Positions 17,016 through 29,053 of a stretch of DNA of 64,000 nt are shown here, piece by piece. The stretch covers positions 1-64,000 of the forward strand of contig JAQGDQ010000636.1 of the NCBI GenBank assembly GCA_030141605.1, written 5' to 3'. The position numbers and the translations under genes are program-made. The DNA is from Tubiluchus corallicola. Its lineage: Eukaryota > Animalia > Priapulida. The notes under the pieces are model-generated. The model was not told where the DNA came from and did no database searches. It saw only the letters and a list, made by a program, of their open reading frames with translations. How positions within the stretch are numbered: the stretch's first letter is position 1; each line of letters starts with the position of its first letter.

Positions 17016-18565
17016 TAAGAAAAACAGACAGGTCAGGGAAAATCTTGCTCACGCTTTTTTCCTGTTCTGCCCAAACTGTTACTGGATTTCTAATTGTGTT
17101 CTTTCTTCTTCTTTCTCTCATTGTTCTCTGAATTTTGACAAATATTAGGTAATTTGTATTAGCATTGAAAAATCAAAAAGCAAATTAATAAAAAGTAATG
17201 GCTAATATCTAACACAATTCAAAAGGACTGTAGAAAAGCTTATCAATGAATCATGAAAAATAAAAAGTTAGTAATGTAATAAATATATATTACACATAGT
17301 ACATAATACATATAATAATATGTCAAATATATTATATAATGCATTTAGTATTATATATATATATATATATACATAGATAGATAGATAGATAATATACAAT
17401 ATATATAATGTATTAGCATTATATGGCAATAACAATGTTGCAAGTTATTACAAGCCAACAGTTAGTCATTAACTAAAACTAACACGGTATAATTAATTTT
17501 AATTATGGAAATTTTTGTATATTTTTGTTACTAAAGTTAATTATCGCATTTTCTACTGTTAGTTTTAGTTAGTTTTAATCAGTTAACTGCTGGTTTGCAA
17601 TGATTTGTTCATCACCATTGCTATTCTTAACTATTCACACAACTATCTTCATGTTTGCTTTTTACCTTGATCACTTTTTATGCATTTACCTGGATCCCAG
17701 TTTTGTTTAAACTGCGGTACAAGTTACGAGAAAATGTGTTATTTATCCGACATTTATGTCGTCATTATATCTAAGCATTTTATGTCAGATTGGCCATTTC
17801 TTGAGGTATTACACGACTCCTTTTAGGCTGTGGAATCGGTACATTAAACCCCTCACCCTGATTCCAACTTATAGGATTTAAGATCCAACCCCAACTCCTA
17901 AAATTTAGGAGCCCCATTTCTGACTCCTGCCTTTAAGTAATAATTTGTAGCACTCTCAGTATTTAACTACACTGGCAACAATCTACTAGCAGCCTCAATT
18001 AACTAATGAAAACAACGTGATACTGATAATTTTTCAATTCTTATTCTAATATCTATTCATATAGATTAACATGCATTGGAATTTTATAATGGGCCTATAA
18101 AAATATACCAATAATAATTTTCTAATGATTTTAGCCAAGCCACCATAAACCAAATTCTGTAAATAAACAATATATAAGGCCAGTGTTTATAGGACTCCTA
18201 TAGTCGTACGCTGTCCTCGCACACTTTCTTCTATTCAAATGGTTTCATTAAAGGCTAATTTGTGTTCTATCACAGTGTGTGAAATAAAGACGTATTATCT
18301 TATGTAAGCACCTACTACGTAAATGCTACAAATTTAAAGAACCATATCCATTTAATAAATTCGCTTTACTTTTATAACTAAATTCTGCCTTCGACAGATG
18401 AGCTTGCAAGCACCGCATAGGAAAAGTTTGAAAACGAACAAGGAACAGAACTTTAACAAAAACAGTTTAGCAAGGCGGGCAACCTTAATTAAACGCATGG
18501 ACTTGTGCAGTGATTCAGAGATATGCAAATTCTTTTCAGACTGCATTCTTTTAAAACCCACTAGG

Positions 18566-18990
18566 CATCTTTGATGATTACGTACCTAATTTTATGAATT
18601 ATTACTACTAGTACTACTGTTATTTTATATTTTGTATATTGTATATTATATTTTCAGTGTTGCTGTTGTTGCATCTTTGATGATTACGTACCTAATTTTA
18701 TGAATTATTACTACTAGTACTACTGTTATTTTATATTTTGTATATTGTATATTATATCTTCAGTGTAGTTGTTGTTGCATCTTTGATGATTACGTACCTA
18801 ATTTTATGAATTATTACTACTAGTACTACTGTTATTTTACATTTTGTATATTGTATATTATATTTTCAGTGTTGCTGTTGTTGCATCTTTGATGATTACG
18901 TACCTAATTTCACGAATTATTACTACTAGTACTACTGTTATTTTATATTTTGTATATTGTATATTATATTTTCAGTGTTGTTGTTGCTAC
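18566..18990. repeat. ~105-bp tandem repeat x4
   Basis: GCATCTTTGATGATTACGTACC starts near 18566, 18671, 18777 and 18883; single copy in paralogous segments. Confidence 0.9.
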
Positions 18991-19254
18991 CATTATTAAA
19001 TTGTTTTACAATCAACATTAATAGTGATACAATTATTATAATTTTATCAATGCTTTAGTTTGCGACTTTTGAAATTTTCAATGAACAGTTAAAAACAAAC
19101 ACAAGCAATATTTGTTATACAAGCAAAATAAAGATAATTATAAAAACTTAATATTGCGTTTTTTGTTGTACCTCCTCACTTTCCATTTACGAAATTTGAA
19201 ATTTATAGCATAATTTTCAGTTCTAAAATTTATAGTTAACTTCTTGGAAAAGAG

Positions 19255-21096
19255 AATGCAATTCACTTGTGTTGATAGTAACTAGCAGTGTACTTCAAGG
19301 TTCGGAATTAGGTCTGTGTTTATTTGTGATATTTGTAAATGAATTGCCTAGTTTGTATGAGAAATTTTTCACGGCTTTTTGCAGACGACAGCAATATGGT
19401 CAGAATATGATTCCTTTACCAGCTGTAGTGACATTCAACTGGACCTAAAAGGGCTCTACGATTGGGCAGTTGAAAATGGTATGCAGTTCCATCTCAGCAA
19501 GTTTAAGGTTGTATCTGTGGCAGCATAATATGAGTATAAATTCACAATGTGTGATGCAAGTGAAATTCTGGCATAACTGATTTTTTGTGTTTGTGAGAAC
19601 GACCTGTGATTAACACGAACTTTTATCAAAACATTGGTTTGGCTTCCGTAAACACCATTCAACCATTGACGCCTTAATACACACAACAGAAAATTGGAGA
19701 CATAGTTTAGACAAGAAGCAATACATTTTAGCAGCATTTTTGGATTTAACTAAAGCATTCGATAGCATTAATCACGAACTACTTTACGATAATTTAAAAC
19801 AAATCGGATTAGATTCGATATCGTTAAAACTTGTACAAAATTATCTCAAAGATAGACAACAACGAGTAAAGTTAGATACAAACAACTTTTCTGACTGGGC
19901 CACGTTAAACAGAGGTATACCGCAAGGAACACTACTAGGTCCGTTATTATTTTGCCTATATATAAACAACATATCCAGTGTATTAAAACACTTACGAATA
20001 ACGCAATACGCTGATGACACTACAATCTACATAGCCCATGAAAATGTCCAAACTGCAAAAAATTATTTAGAAGAAGATATGAAAAATATAAATATGGCAT
20101 TTAGTCATTACAAGCTAAAAATGAATAATGACAAAACAGAATTCATGATACTGTCACCATCATTAAATACTAATGATGCATCATCAACCACTTTGGCAAT
20201 AGATAATGCTGTAATCAAACAAACTAACAATGTTAAATTCCTGGGCATACAAGTAGACAATAATCTTTCATGGGATGAACACTTTAATAACATATACACA
20301 AAAATGGCATCTAGCACATCATATCTCCGACAAGTTAAAGGGCAACTAACAAAGGAAACTAAGACACTAATATATAAAACTTTAGTTCTTCCATACTTCT
20401 TATATGGATGTACGCTACTTCAAAAAACCAAAAGAGAAAATTACTTAAAATTAAATCTCCTTAAAAACTATGCATTGAGATTGATAGCTGGGTACTCATA
20501 CAAACATAAGTCAGGTAGACAAAAATTCAAAGCTTCAACAACTAACCTGAGAAAAACTTTAAAATTCCCAATATTTGAAGCACACAAAGAATATTTTACT
20601 CTGCTTTTTATATTTAAATACATTAACAACATCAGCAAACCATTCCAGAATAACAGATTTACTTTTTATTCCAGAACAAGCAATCTAAAACAAATTAGGA
20701 CAAATACACACTATGGAACGAACTCTGTAATCAAACAAGCAATTTTACTTTGGAATTCTCTACCATTACAGGTTAAACAAATCAAGTCCCTATCAGCATT
20801 TAAAACAAAATTAAAATCAATAATATTAACCAGATGTGAAATACCATCACACCAGTACGACAACATACACACTAATTCAGAATTCATATACCTAAGGCCA
20901 TATTAATTAAATCATGTTTTTTTTTTCATTTTTTTTGTGCATAGTTGTAAATATGTTTGATTTTATTCGTCATTACTGCGCAGTAGTTTAGATTGCACTG
21001 ATGCATTTGCCTTCAGCAGTGTAAGATTTATTAACACTGATTGATTATCTCTCGATTATCTATACGATTATCAATGTATTTTAATGGCAAATAAAG

Positions 21097-21139
<43 letters not shown>

Positions 21140-21530
21140 CCTAGATAATAAACTATTTAATTTTAAAGATCACCTAACTAAAATTATAAAGAATGCTAGA
21201 CAAAACAATGTCTTAATGGGAAGCACTTTCCAAGTATGTAGATTAGCTTATGGCACTTGTGCGATAAAAAATGAAGAATTAATGGAACATACATAGCGAT
21301 CCCAGTCGAACATGTTCAATTGAGAGCTTTGTATGTTTTAGTGAAACTAATTAGATGCACACTATCAACATCATCCACCGAAATTTATAATGCCTATAAC
21401 AGGGCTGTTAGATAACATTAATGTAATGAGGAACCAGGTGTTGATTATAGGCTAATTTAATATGCACGGAAGTGGAGTGTACAGTGGAAGAACTATTTAC
21501 CTCAAAAGTTGCATTTATAACTATTGCAGA
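19255..21530 (+). mobile_element. Old degraded CR1-like LINE fragment, copy 3, interrupted by a younger LINE
   Basis: Homologous to 2690-3460 on both sides of the 19613-21133 insertion. Confidence 0.65.
19613..21133 (+). mobile_element. Young 5'-truncated CR1/L2-group LINE with open RT frame (19614-20906) and (TA)n tail
   Basis: Frame reads GFRKHHST..FLDLTKAFDSI..GIPQGTLLGPLLF..YADDT..KFLGI..LWNSLP; 3' AATAAAGAT(TA)n; ATTA flanks both ends; empty sites at ~3025 and ~12040. Confidence 0.92.
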
Positions 21531-21556
21531 TATACTACTACTGCTGCTGCTACTAC

Positions 21557-24055
21557 AGGGAACATGAACTCAAACGGACTTCTACTGCTAGAATTTTGTG
21601 CCAGGATGGAGTTCTCTGTGACTGGAAGCTTCTTCAGGCTTCACGATAGGATGAAGACTACATGGCAGCATGCACGGTCCAAGCACTGGCATCAACTTGA
21701 TCACATCTTGGCTTGTAAGAAAACCATGAGTGACAACAACATCCGTGTGACCAAAGCAAGTCTAACTGCAGACTGTTTCACGGATCACAGATTGGTGGTG
21801 TGCAAATGTTCATTCATGCTACAGAAACCTGCTCGCCCTCAGCGTCCACCAAAGAGGTTCAATGTCGAAGTTGACGAAGGCAAAGAATCCAAACTGCAAG
21901 TTTATCTTGCCAATGTTTTGAGTGATTGTAGACCATCTTGGGATGAAACCAAGGAAATCTTACTCAACAGTGCAGAAGCTGTGTTCGGTAAACAAGGAAA
22001 TCGCAACCGAGACTGGTTCAACGAGCTTGAAATCAGTGCACTAGTCAAGGACAAGAAAAACAGGCGTGAGCTCAGAAATAATATCCGACTTATGAAGAAT
22101 CAGTGGTTCCAGGACCGAGCCAATGAAGTTGAAAGACACGCCCAAATGAAGAATTTCCGGGAATTCTACGCTTCTCTTAATGCCGTTTATGGTCCGACAT
22201 CGCGTTGCAACCATCCTATCAAATCTAATGCTGGTGACACTCTCAACTCATCCAATGATATCCAGAATCGTTGGATGGAGCACTTCAGCACTTTACTGAA
22301 TCAAACTACCGACGCTGACTTTACTATCTTGGAGGAAATACCTCAGTTACCAGTCATCGACGAGATGGATGGACTAGTCACCCTCGAGGAACTCAAGTAC
22401 TCTATTCGCCGTATCAAGCGACGGAAAAGCCCTGGACCTGATGGTGTCCCACCAGAGGTTATCATCCATGGCGGTGCTTCTCTCCAGAATCATCTTTTGG
22501 AGCTCTTCAATGTTATTTGGAGGACTGGTGATATGCCTCGTGACTTTGTCAATGCTAACATCACCATTTTGTTCAAAAAGGGTGATCGCAGTGATTGCGG
22601 TAACTATCGTGGCATTTCCTTACTCAGTGTTGTCGGAAAGCTTTTTGCAGACATTCTTCTCGTTCGGCTGGACAAGATTTTGGAGCGTATCTACCCAGAG
22701 TCTCAGTCAGGGTATCGACGGGATCGCAGTACCATTGATGGTATTTTTACGATTCGTCAGCTGATGGAGAAAACGAGAGAGCATAGAACATCAATGCATA
22801 TTGCCTGTATCGACTTTACAAAGGCATTTGACAGTGTCAATCGCGAACTGCTGTACAAGGTGCTTTCAAAGTGTGGATGCCCGGATCGATTTACAAGTAT
22901 GGTAAAAGCTCTGCACACTGATATGCTAGCGCGTCTCTCTGTCAATGGCCAGCTTAGTGATCCTGTAGAATACAACAGCGGTGTGAAACAAGGCTGCAAG
23001 TTAGCTCCATCTCTTTTCGGACTTTTCGCTGCAGTCCTTTTGCAGGTAGCCTTCGGCAGACTTGGCTCGACGAAGAGCATTCATGTTCGATTCAGATATG
23101 ATGGAGACATTTTTGACCTACATCGACTCAAAGCAAGGACGAAGACACGAATGATGTTCCTGCATGAAGCGCAATATGCCGATGACATAGCTATCTTCTC
23201 TGACAACCCGGAAGACCTTCAGGATCTCATCGACATTTACAATGAAACTGCAAAGAGAATGGGACTGCGCATTAACAAAAGCAAGACTGAGACAATGAGT
23301 GTCGGCTCTAGCGACAGTGTCAATTTTATCATTGACGGAGAACAGCTTGGAAGTGTGCAACGGTTCAAATATCTCGGAAGTTACATCTGCTCAGATACTC
23401 GATTGGATACTGAGCTTCATGCAAGAACTAATGCTGCAGCCAGCTCTTTCGGCAGTATGAGGAAACGTGTCTTCGATAACCATGACCTTACCATCGCCAC
23501 TAAACTGCAGGTGTACAAGCAATGCATCATTCCGCAGCTTACCTATGGTCAGGAAACGTGGACACTATCAAGATCAGGTCAGGTCTCTTCGTGCGGTTCA
23601 GCAGAGACATCTGCGTCACATCCTTCGTATTTGCTGGGACGACTATGTGCCAAACGAAGACATGCTGGCTCGTGCCAAGATGGAAGATATCGAGGTTACG
23701 CTTACTAAGGCTCAACTTCGGTGGTTTGGGCATGTGGTCAGAATGAACTATAAGAGACCGACAAAGGCCCTTCTTCATGGAGAACTAACCAGTGGCTCTC
23801 GCAGTGTTGGTCGTCCTCTCCTTCGCTTCAAGGACAAGATGAAGTTCTCTCTGAGGAAAGGTGGAATGTTGGACAAGCTGCCTTTCGCAGTTCACGACCG
23901 TCCTGCATGGAGATCCCTAGTCAACAACTGTGCCGAAAAACTCGATGAAGAAAGACGGATGCTTGGATATGCAAGAAGGTTCAAGTCGTGGATAAGAGAC
24001 GGTTTCATGGACATCTGACTCGCACTGATTTAGCCGTATCGGCTTCGACATTGTG

Positions 24056-24116
<61 letters not shown>

Positions 24117-24122
24117 AACTAT

Positions 24123-24161
<39 letters not shown>

Positions 24162-24170
24162 CACAACAAA
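21557..24170 (+). mobile_element. Young 5'-truncated RTE-clade LINE (APE C-terminus plus RT) with one frameshift and (TAC)n tail
   Basis: HQLDHIL..TDHRLV (endonuclease end), KSPGPDG, NYRGISLL, DFTKAFD, GVKQGC, YADD, FKYLGS. Frameshift near 23565; continuation LRWFGHVVRM..GRPLLRFKD ends at 24018. GC-richer than the flanks. Confidence 0.93.
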
Positions 24171-24289
24171 TGGATCAAAAAAGCTACGATTAGTAATAAT
24201 TTTTTTATTACACACAATTGGATACACTGAAAGGTATTTCAAACCTGAAAGCTAATTTAATTCAAAACCTCCACAAATGAGGTTGCAAA

Positions 24290-24760
24290 TACTTGCTGTT
24301 ACAGGTGTATTGACCGTGGCAAATGTGCACGATAGCATGAGAAACGAATAGCCGCCATGTTAGAAAGATTTCCTTTAAAGCAAGAAATCGGATAATTTCT
24401 GGTGTTAGTGGAAATGACTGTGAATTTATTAATAATTATTTATGATATTTTTCGTTGCTACGTTATAGGGTCAACTGAAATATCGGTGAACAGGAATAAT
24501 ATTGTTGCTGCCAAGTGAATTAAGCTGCATTAATTTTATTTATAGTGTTTTGTTTTACTGCTTGCTAGAATTTTGGGTTTACGTCAGATGTTCATAGGTG
24601 TATAGCGTAAGTGATTAGCAACATTGGTATTGAAAATGTAACATGTTGCGCTGCATTTCTGCGAATTTAGCGCATGCGTAGTAGCACAGCAGCGGTATAA
24701 TATTGTCTAGCTCGGTAAACAGCGTCAGACACTCGTAGTATTTGAGTGTTCTAGCTATCA
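24290..24760. promoter_or_regulatory. Putative bidirectional promoter between divergent ZF genes
   Basis: YY1-like GCCGCCATGTT (24351-24361), NRF1-like GCGCATGCG (~24670), locally more CpG, located between oppositely oriented paralogs. Confidence 0.45.
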
Positions 24761-25329
24761 GTTTTTTTAAGTTGCTTTTGAATGTGTTTTTTGTGTCATT
24801 TTCTGCAAGTTCATATTAATCTGTTTTTGGTCTCAATTAGTGTTTATTTATTTATTTATTTTATTCACACCCAATAATAAAATAGGGTCTGTAATAAAAA
24901 CAATATGTGTGTTTGTAAACCAATGAAATAGTTTGTAGTAATGGTTGCTATAGACTTTGTAAAAGTGCATTGAAGTTAAATGTAAATCGAGGCTCTTTTA
25001 GCCGAGGATCTAGGATTGACAATAGAAAAATGGCTCCTTTTGTGTTAGTTGATATCGAAGTTTAAAAATACAAAGTTTTTCGCTATTGAATTAGTAATAT
25101 TTAAGGAGTTAAATAGAAAAAGGGTTATAAAATTATAATTAAAATTAATTTTTTATTAATTTAAAGCAATTACTTGGCAATTTGATGCTAGAATATAAAA
25201 TTATAACATATTCGAGCCAATTTTTGATGCTGTACAACTTTGAAGTATCATAATGCAATGAACCTATAAGTGAGCTACAAGATTTACTAATTGGGCAGAA
25301 TGAAATTCAATTGATCACGTGAAAAGGCA

Positions 25330-26280
25330 GTGGATGTATCAACATTCTCTAGTTAAAACCATCTATTTAGTGTTTTGCCACTAGATGGGGCTAGAAGATG
25401 TTAACAGATAAAGATGAAGCAGTAGATGTATATGTATCATTCTCTAGATAAAACTACCTATTTGGTTTTTTTTCTGCCACTAGAAGGGGCTAGAAGATGT
25501 TGACAGATGAAGGATGAAGCAGTAGATGCATATGTATCAACATTCTCTAGATAAAACTACCTATTTAGTTTTTTCTGCCACTAGATGGGGCTAGAAGATG
25601 TTAACAGATGAAGGATGAAGCAGTAGATGTATATGTATCAACATTCTCTAGCTAAAACTACCTAGTTAGTTTTTTCTGCCACTAGATGGGGCTAGAAGAT
25701 GTTAACAGATGAAGGATGAAGCAGTAGATGTATATGTATCAACATTCTATAGATAAAACTACCTATTTAGTTTTTTCTGCCACTAGATGGGGCTAGAAGA
25801 TGTTAACAGATGAAGGATGAAGCAGTAGATGTATATGTATCAACATTCTCTAGATAAAACTACCTAGTTAGTTTTTTCTGCCACTAGATGGGGCTAGAAG
25901 ATGTTAACAGATGAAGGATGAAGCAGTAGATGTATATGTATCAACATTCTCTAGATAAAACTACCTATTTAGTTTTTTCTGCCACTAGATGGGGCTAGAA
26001 GATGTTAACAGATGAAGGATGAAGCAGTAGATGTATATGTATCAACATTCTCTAGATAAAACTAACTATTTGGTTTTTTTCTGCCACTAGATGGGGCTAG
26101 AAGATGTTAACAGATGAAGGATAAAGCAGTAGATGTATATGTATCAACATTCTCTAGATAAAACTACCTATTTGGTTTTTTTTCTGCCACTAGATGGGGC
26201 TAGAAGATGTTAACAGATGAAGGATGAAGCAGTAGCTGTTATACTATCAACAGTCTTTAGTTGAAACTATCTATTTTGTT
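25330..26280. repeat. ~101-bp minisatellite x9, each unit carrying a CTCF-like motif
   Basis: CTGCCACTAGATGGGGCTAG recurs at ~101-bp spacing from ~25376 to ~26185. Confidence 0.95.
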
Positions 26281-26773
26281 ACTTTTATTTTAGCAGTTCA
26301 TTTTAGAGAATTTTGCTAACAATTAAATTTAAATACGTTGACACCGAGTGGTTGATGTATATTTAACATTTGTTTGTTTTCCTTAAAAATAATTATAAGT
26401 GTTTTCAGAGTGTAAGCATTTTGGGGAGGTTAAATATTTTCAGGAAACCCTGGGTAAAGTCCGGGAGTAATTCTGGGAGGATTAACAACTCTAAACCTCG
26501 TGTAGGTCAAAGTAATCATCTCTGATGCAAACTAGAATTATCATTCTTGTTGGCTCTATTTTAGCAATGACTTTAATTATACAAATTGTAGAATGTTTTT
26601 TAGTTCATTAATAGGATACTTTAACTTTTCTGGTAAATTTACTCACTGATCCAACTTGCTCAAATAATTTGTGTTTCTGTGCACTACTTAATAACATTCT
26701 CACTGTATTCTGAGGATCAGTGAATGCGTGAGGAAAAATTTTTCATCCCGTTGAAGTGCTACTTCTTCTAGTG

Positions 26774-27158
26774 CAGTGGTTCCCAAACTTTCTCGGACCG
26801 TTACCCAAATCGGGAAACCCGGCCGTGTCCATTACCCACCACCTAGTACTACTTCTCCAACTCAAAAAGTAAACACACGTATATGCCACAAGCAAGCAAA
26901 ATTATTTATGTTTGCTCGTGACATAAATAAATTTCCAGGTGTTGTTGTTGTATTGTTGCCAAACAAGAATTACAATTACTCAACCTGCTCATTACTGAGT
27001 GAGCAGGTTTGTTCGAGTAATTATTACTCGAACAAACGAAAACAAGAAGAAATGAATGACACAACAAAATCTCAGTTAGTGGGATGGGTGCCCGTTACCT
27101 CCCCAAAAAAGGCATATTACCCCCGGGGGGTAATTTACCCCTACTTTGGGAACCACTG
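26774..27158. mobile_element. hAT-type MITE
   Basis: TIRs CAGTGGTTCCCAAA / TTTGGGAACCACTG; perfect 8-bp TSD TTCTAGTG at 26766-26773 and 27159-27166. Confidence 0.93.
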
Positions 27159-27316
27159 TTCTAGTGCACCCATTCTCTAGACTTTTACCTGGTCACCTAT
27201 CCATTTACTAAGTCCATTAACATAGCACTAGGTTTTATGCATGACCAACTTTTATTGGAAGTTTCTGCAATTCATTTTTTTACAGAAATTTATTTTTCAT
27301 CTTCAGATTTGCAAAG

Positions 27317-29053
27317 ATGGATCAGGCAGTACAAGCTGCTCCTGGATTTGTGAAAATTGAAAGTGATGTTCTAGGGGAATCCACAGATGTCGACATGCAA
27401 ACTAACAATGTTCTAGTCAAAACCGAAAGTGATGGCGAGTCAGTTAAAATAAATAACAGCAAACGCAAAGTAGAAGATTGTGACATTCAAGAGCAAAAAA
27501 GTGAATATGATGTGAAAATAGATAACATAGAAAAGAGAAACATTGATGTAACTTCACATATGAATGGGGGACTTAAACCTTTGCTTATGGATAATGAATA
27601 CATTGCTGAAGTGAGTACAGCAGGTAATTGTTTGAATGAAGAGCTAATCAACAAAAAAGTAAAAACTGATTATGATTTTGTAAAAATTGAACCTAGTACT
27701 TCAGCTGATGATGTAGAAGATATAGGAAATGATGAGCTTCTAGCAAATGTGAATGAAAAATGTAAAGAATTGCCGTCGTTTAAGGTAAATCACATTTATT
27801 CCGCTGCTAACAATCAAATTGTTGCTTCTTCTATCCAAGAGTCACGCAGATTCGAGTTTACTAGGTCTGGTGCTCTAAAATTACATTCAAGTTATCACAG
27901 TGGAGAAAAACCTTTCAAGTGTAATCAGTGTGATGCTGCATTTGCTTATCCATGTAGTTTGAGAACACATTCCAGAACTCACACTGGTGAGAAGCCTTTC
28001 AAGTGCAGTTGGTGTGATGCTGCATTTGCTTGTGGAGGTTATCTCAGTTTACATTTAAGAGTTCACACAGGTGAGAAACCATACAGGTGTAGTCAGTGTG
28101 ATATGGCATTTGCTCGGCTAGGTGGACTGAAAGTACATTCCAGAACTCACACTGGTGAGAAGCCTTTTAAGTGCAGTTGGTGTGATGCTGCATTTGCTTG
28201 TGGAAGTTATCTCAGTTTACATTTAAAAGTTCACACTGGAGAGAAACCATTTAAGTGCATTCGGTGCAATGCTGCTTTTGCTCAAGCAGGCGCATTGAAA
28301 GTACACACAAGAACTCACACTGGAGAGAAGCCTTTCAAATGCAGTCAATGTGAAGCTGCATTTGCTCAGAGCAGTGCTCTGACAGTACATTCAAGGACTC
28401 ATACAGGAGAAAAACCATTTAAGTGTAATCAGTGTGATGCTGCATTTGTTCAGAGAAGTGATTTGAAAGTACATTTAAGAATCCACTCTGGAGAAAAACC
28501 ATTTAAGTGTAGTCTGTGTCATGCTGCATTTACCGTGGCAGGTCATCTAAAAACGCATTTAAGAATTCACACTGGAGAGAAACCATTTAAGTGCATTCGG
28601 TGCAATGCTGCTTTTGCTCAAGCAGGCGGATTGAAAATACATACAAGGACTCACACAGGAGAAAAACCATACAAGTGTAGACACTGTGATTTTGCATTTA
28701 CTACATTAAATAAGTTGAAAATACACTCAAGAACTCATACAGGAGAGAAACCATACAGGTGTAATCAGTGTGATATGGCATTTGCTCGGCTAGGTGGACT
28801 GAAAGTACATTCAAGAACTCATACTGGAGAGAAACCATTCAAGTGTAATCAGTGTAATGCTGCATATTCTCATTCAAGTGCACTGAAAGTACATTCAAGG
28901 ACTCACACTGGAGAAAAACCATACAAGTGTAGTCACTGTGAGGCTGCATTTACTCAGGCAGGTGAACTTAAAAAACATTTAAGAATTCATACAGGAGAAA
29001 AGCCTTTCAGTGTAGTCAGTGCAATGCTGCATTTACCGTGGCAGGTCATCTAA
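27317..29053 (+). CDS. Tandem C2H2 zinc-finger protein ZF-C (578 aa, 13 intact fingers)
   Basis: MDQAVQ N-terminus paralogous to ZF-A/B; acceptor TTTTTTTACAG ending at 27285; ends through a 1-nt deletion near 29010. Confidence 0.87.
   Translation: MDQAVQAAPGFVKIESDVLGESTDVDMQTNNVLVKTESDGESVKINNSKRKVEDCDIQEQKSEYDVKIDNIEKRNIDVTSHMNGGLKPLLMDNEYIAEVSTAGNCLNEELINKKVKTDYDFVKIEPSTSADDVEDIGNDELLANVNEKCKELPSFKVNHIYSAANNQIVASSIQESRRFEFTRSGALKLHSSYHSGEKPFKCNQCDAAFAYPCSLRTHSRTHTGEKPFKCSWCDAAFACGGYLSLHLRVHTGEKPYRCSQCDMAFARLGGLKVHSRTHTGEKPFKCSWCDAAFACGSYLSLHLKVHTGEKPFKCIRCNAAFAQAGALKVHTRTHTGEKPFKCSQCEAAFAQSSALTVHSRTHTGEKPFKCNQCDAAFVQRSDLKVHLRIHSGEKPFKCSLCHAAFTVAGHLKTHLRIHTGEKPFKCIRCNAAFAQAGGLKIHTRTHTGEKPYKCRHCDFAFTTLNKLKIHSRTHTGEKPYRCNQCDMAFARLGGLKVHSRTHTGEKPFKCNQCNAAYSHSSALKVHSRTHTGEKPYKCSHCEAAFTQAGELKKHLRIHTGEKPFSVVSAMLHLPWQVI

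Noticed and set aside
21085-21105. Shared AATAAAGATTA 3' end of the SINE and the CR1/L2-group LINE as evidence of partnership
   Set aside because: Only ~11 AT-rich bases; upstream tails do not align.
21462-21556. Host-RTE fusion protein start
   Set aside because: The ATG comes from a decayed LINE plus microsatellite; this is a chance in-frame join to a 5'-truncated RTE.
22441-23778. Alternate-frame and antisense ORFs over the RTE, ZF and GALNT exons, and short intronic ORFs
   Set aside because: Shadows of real coding frames or random ORFs with no recognisable motifs.
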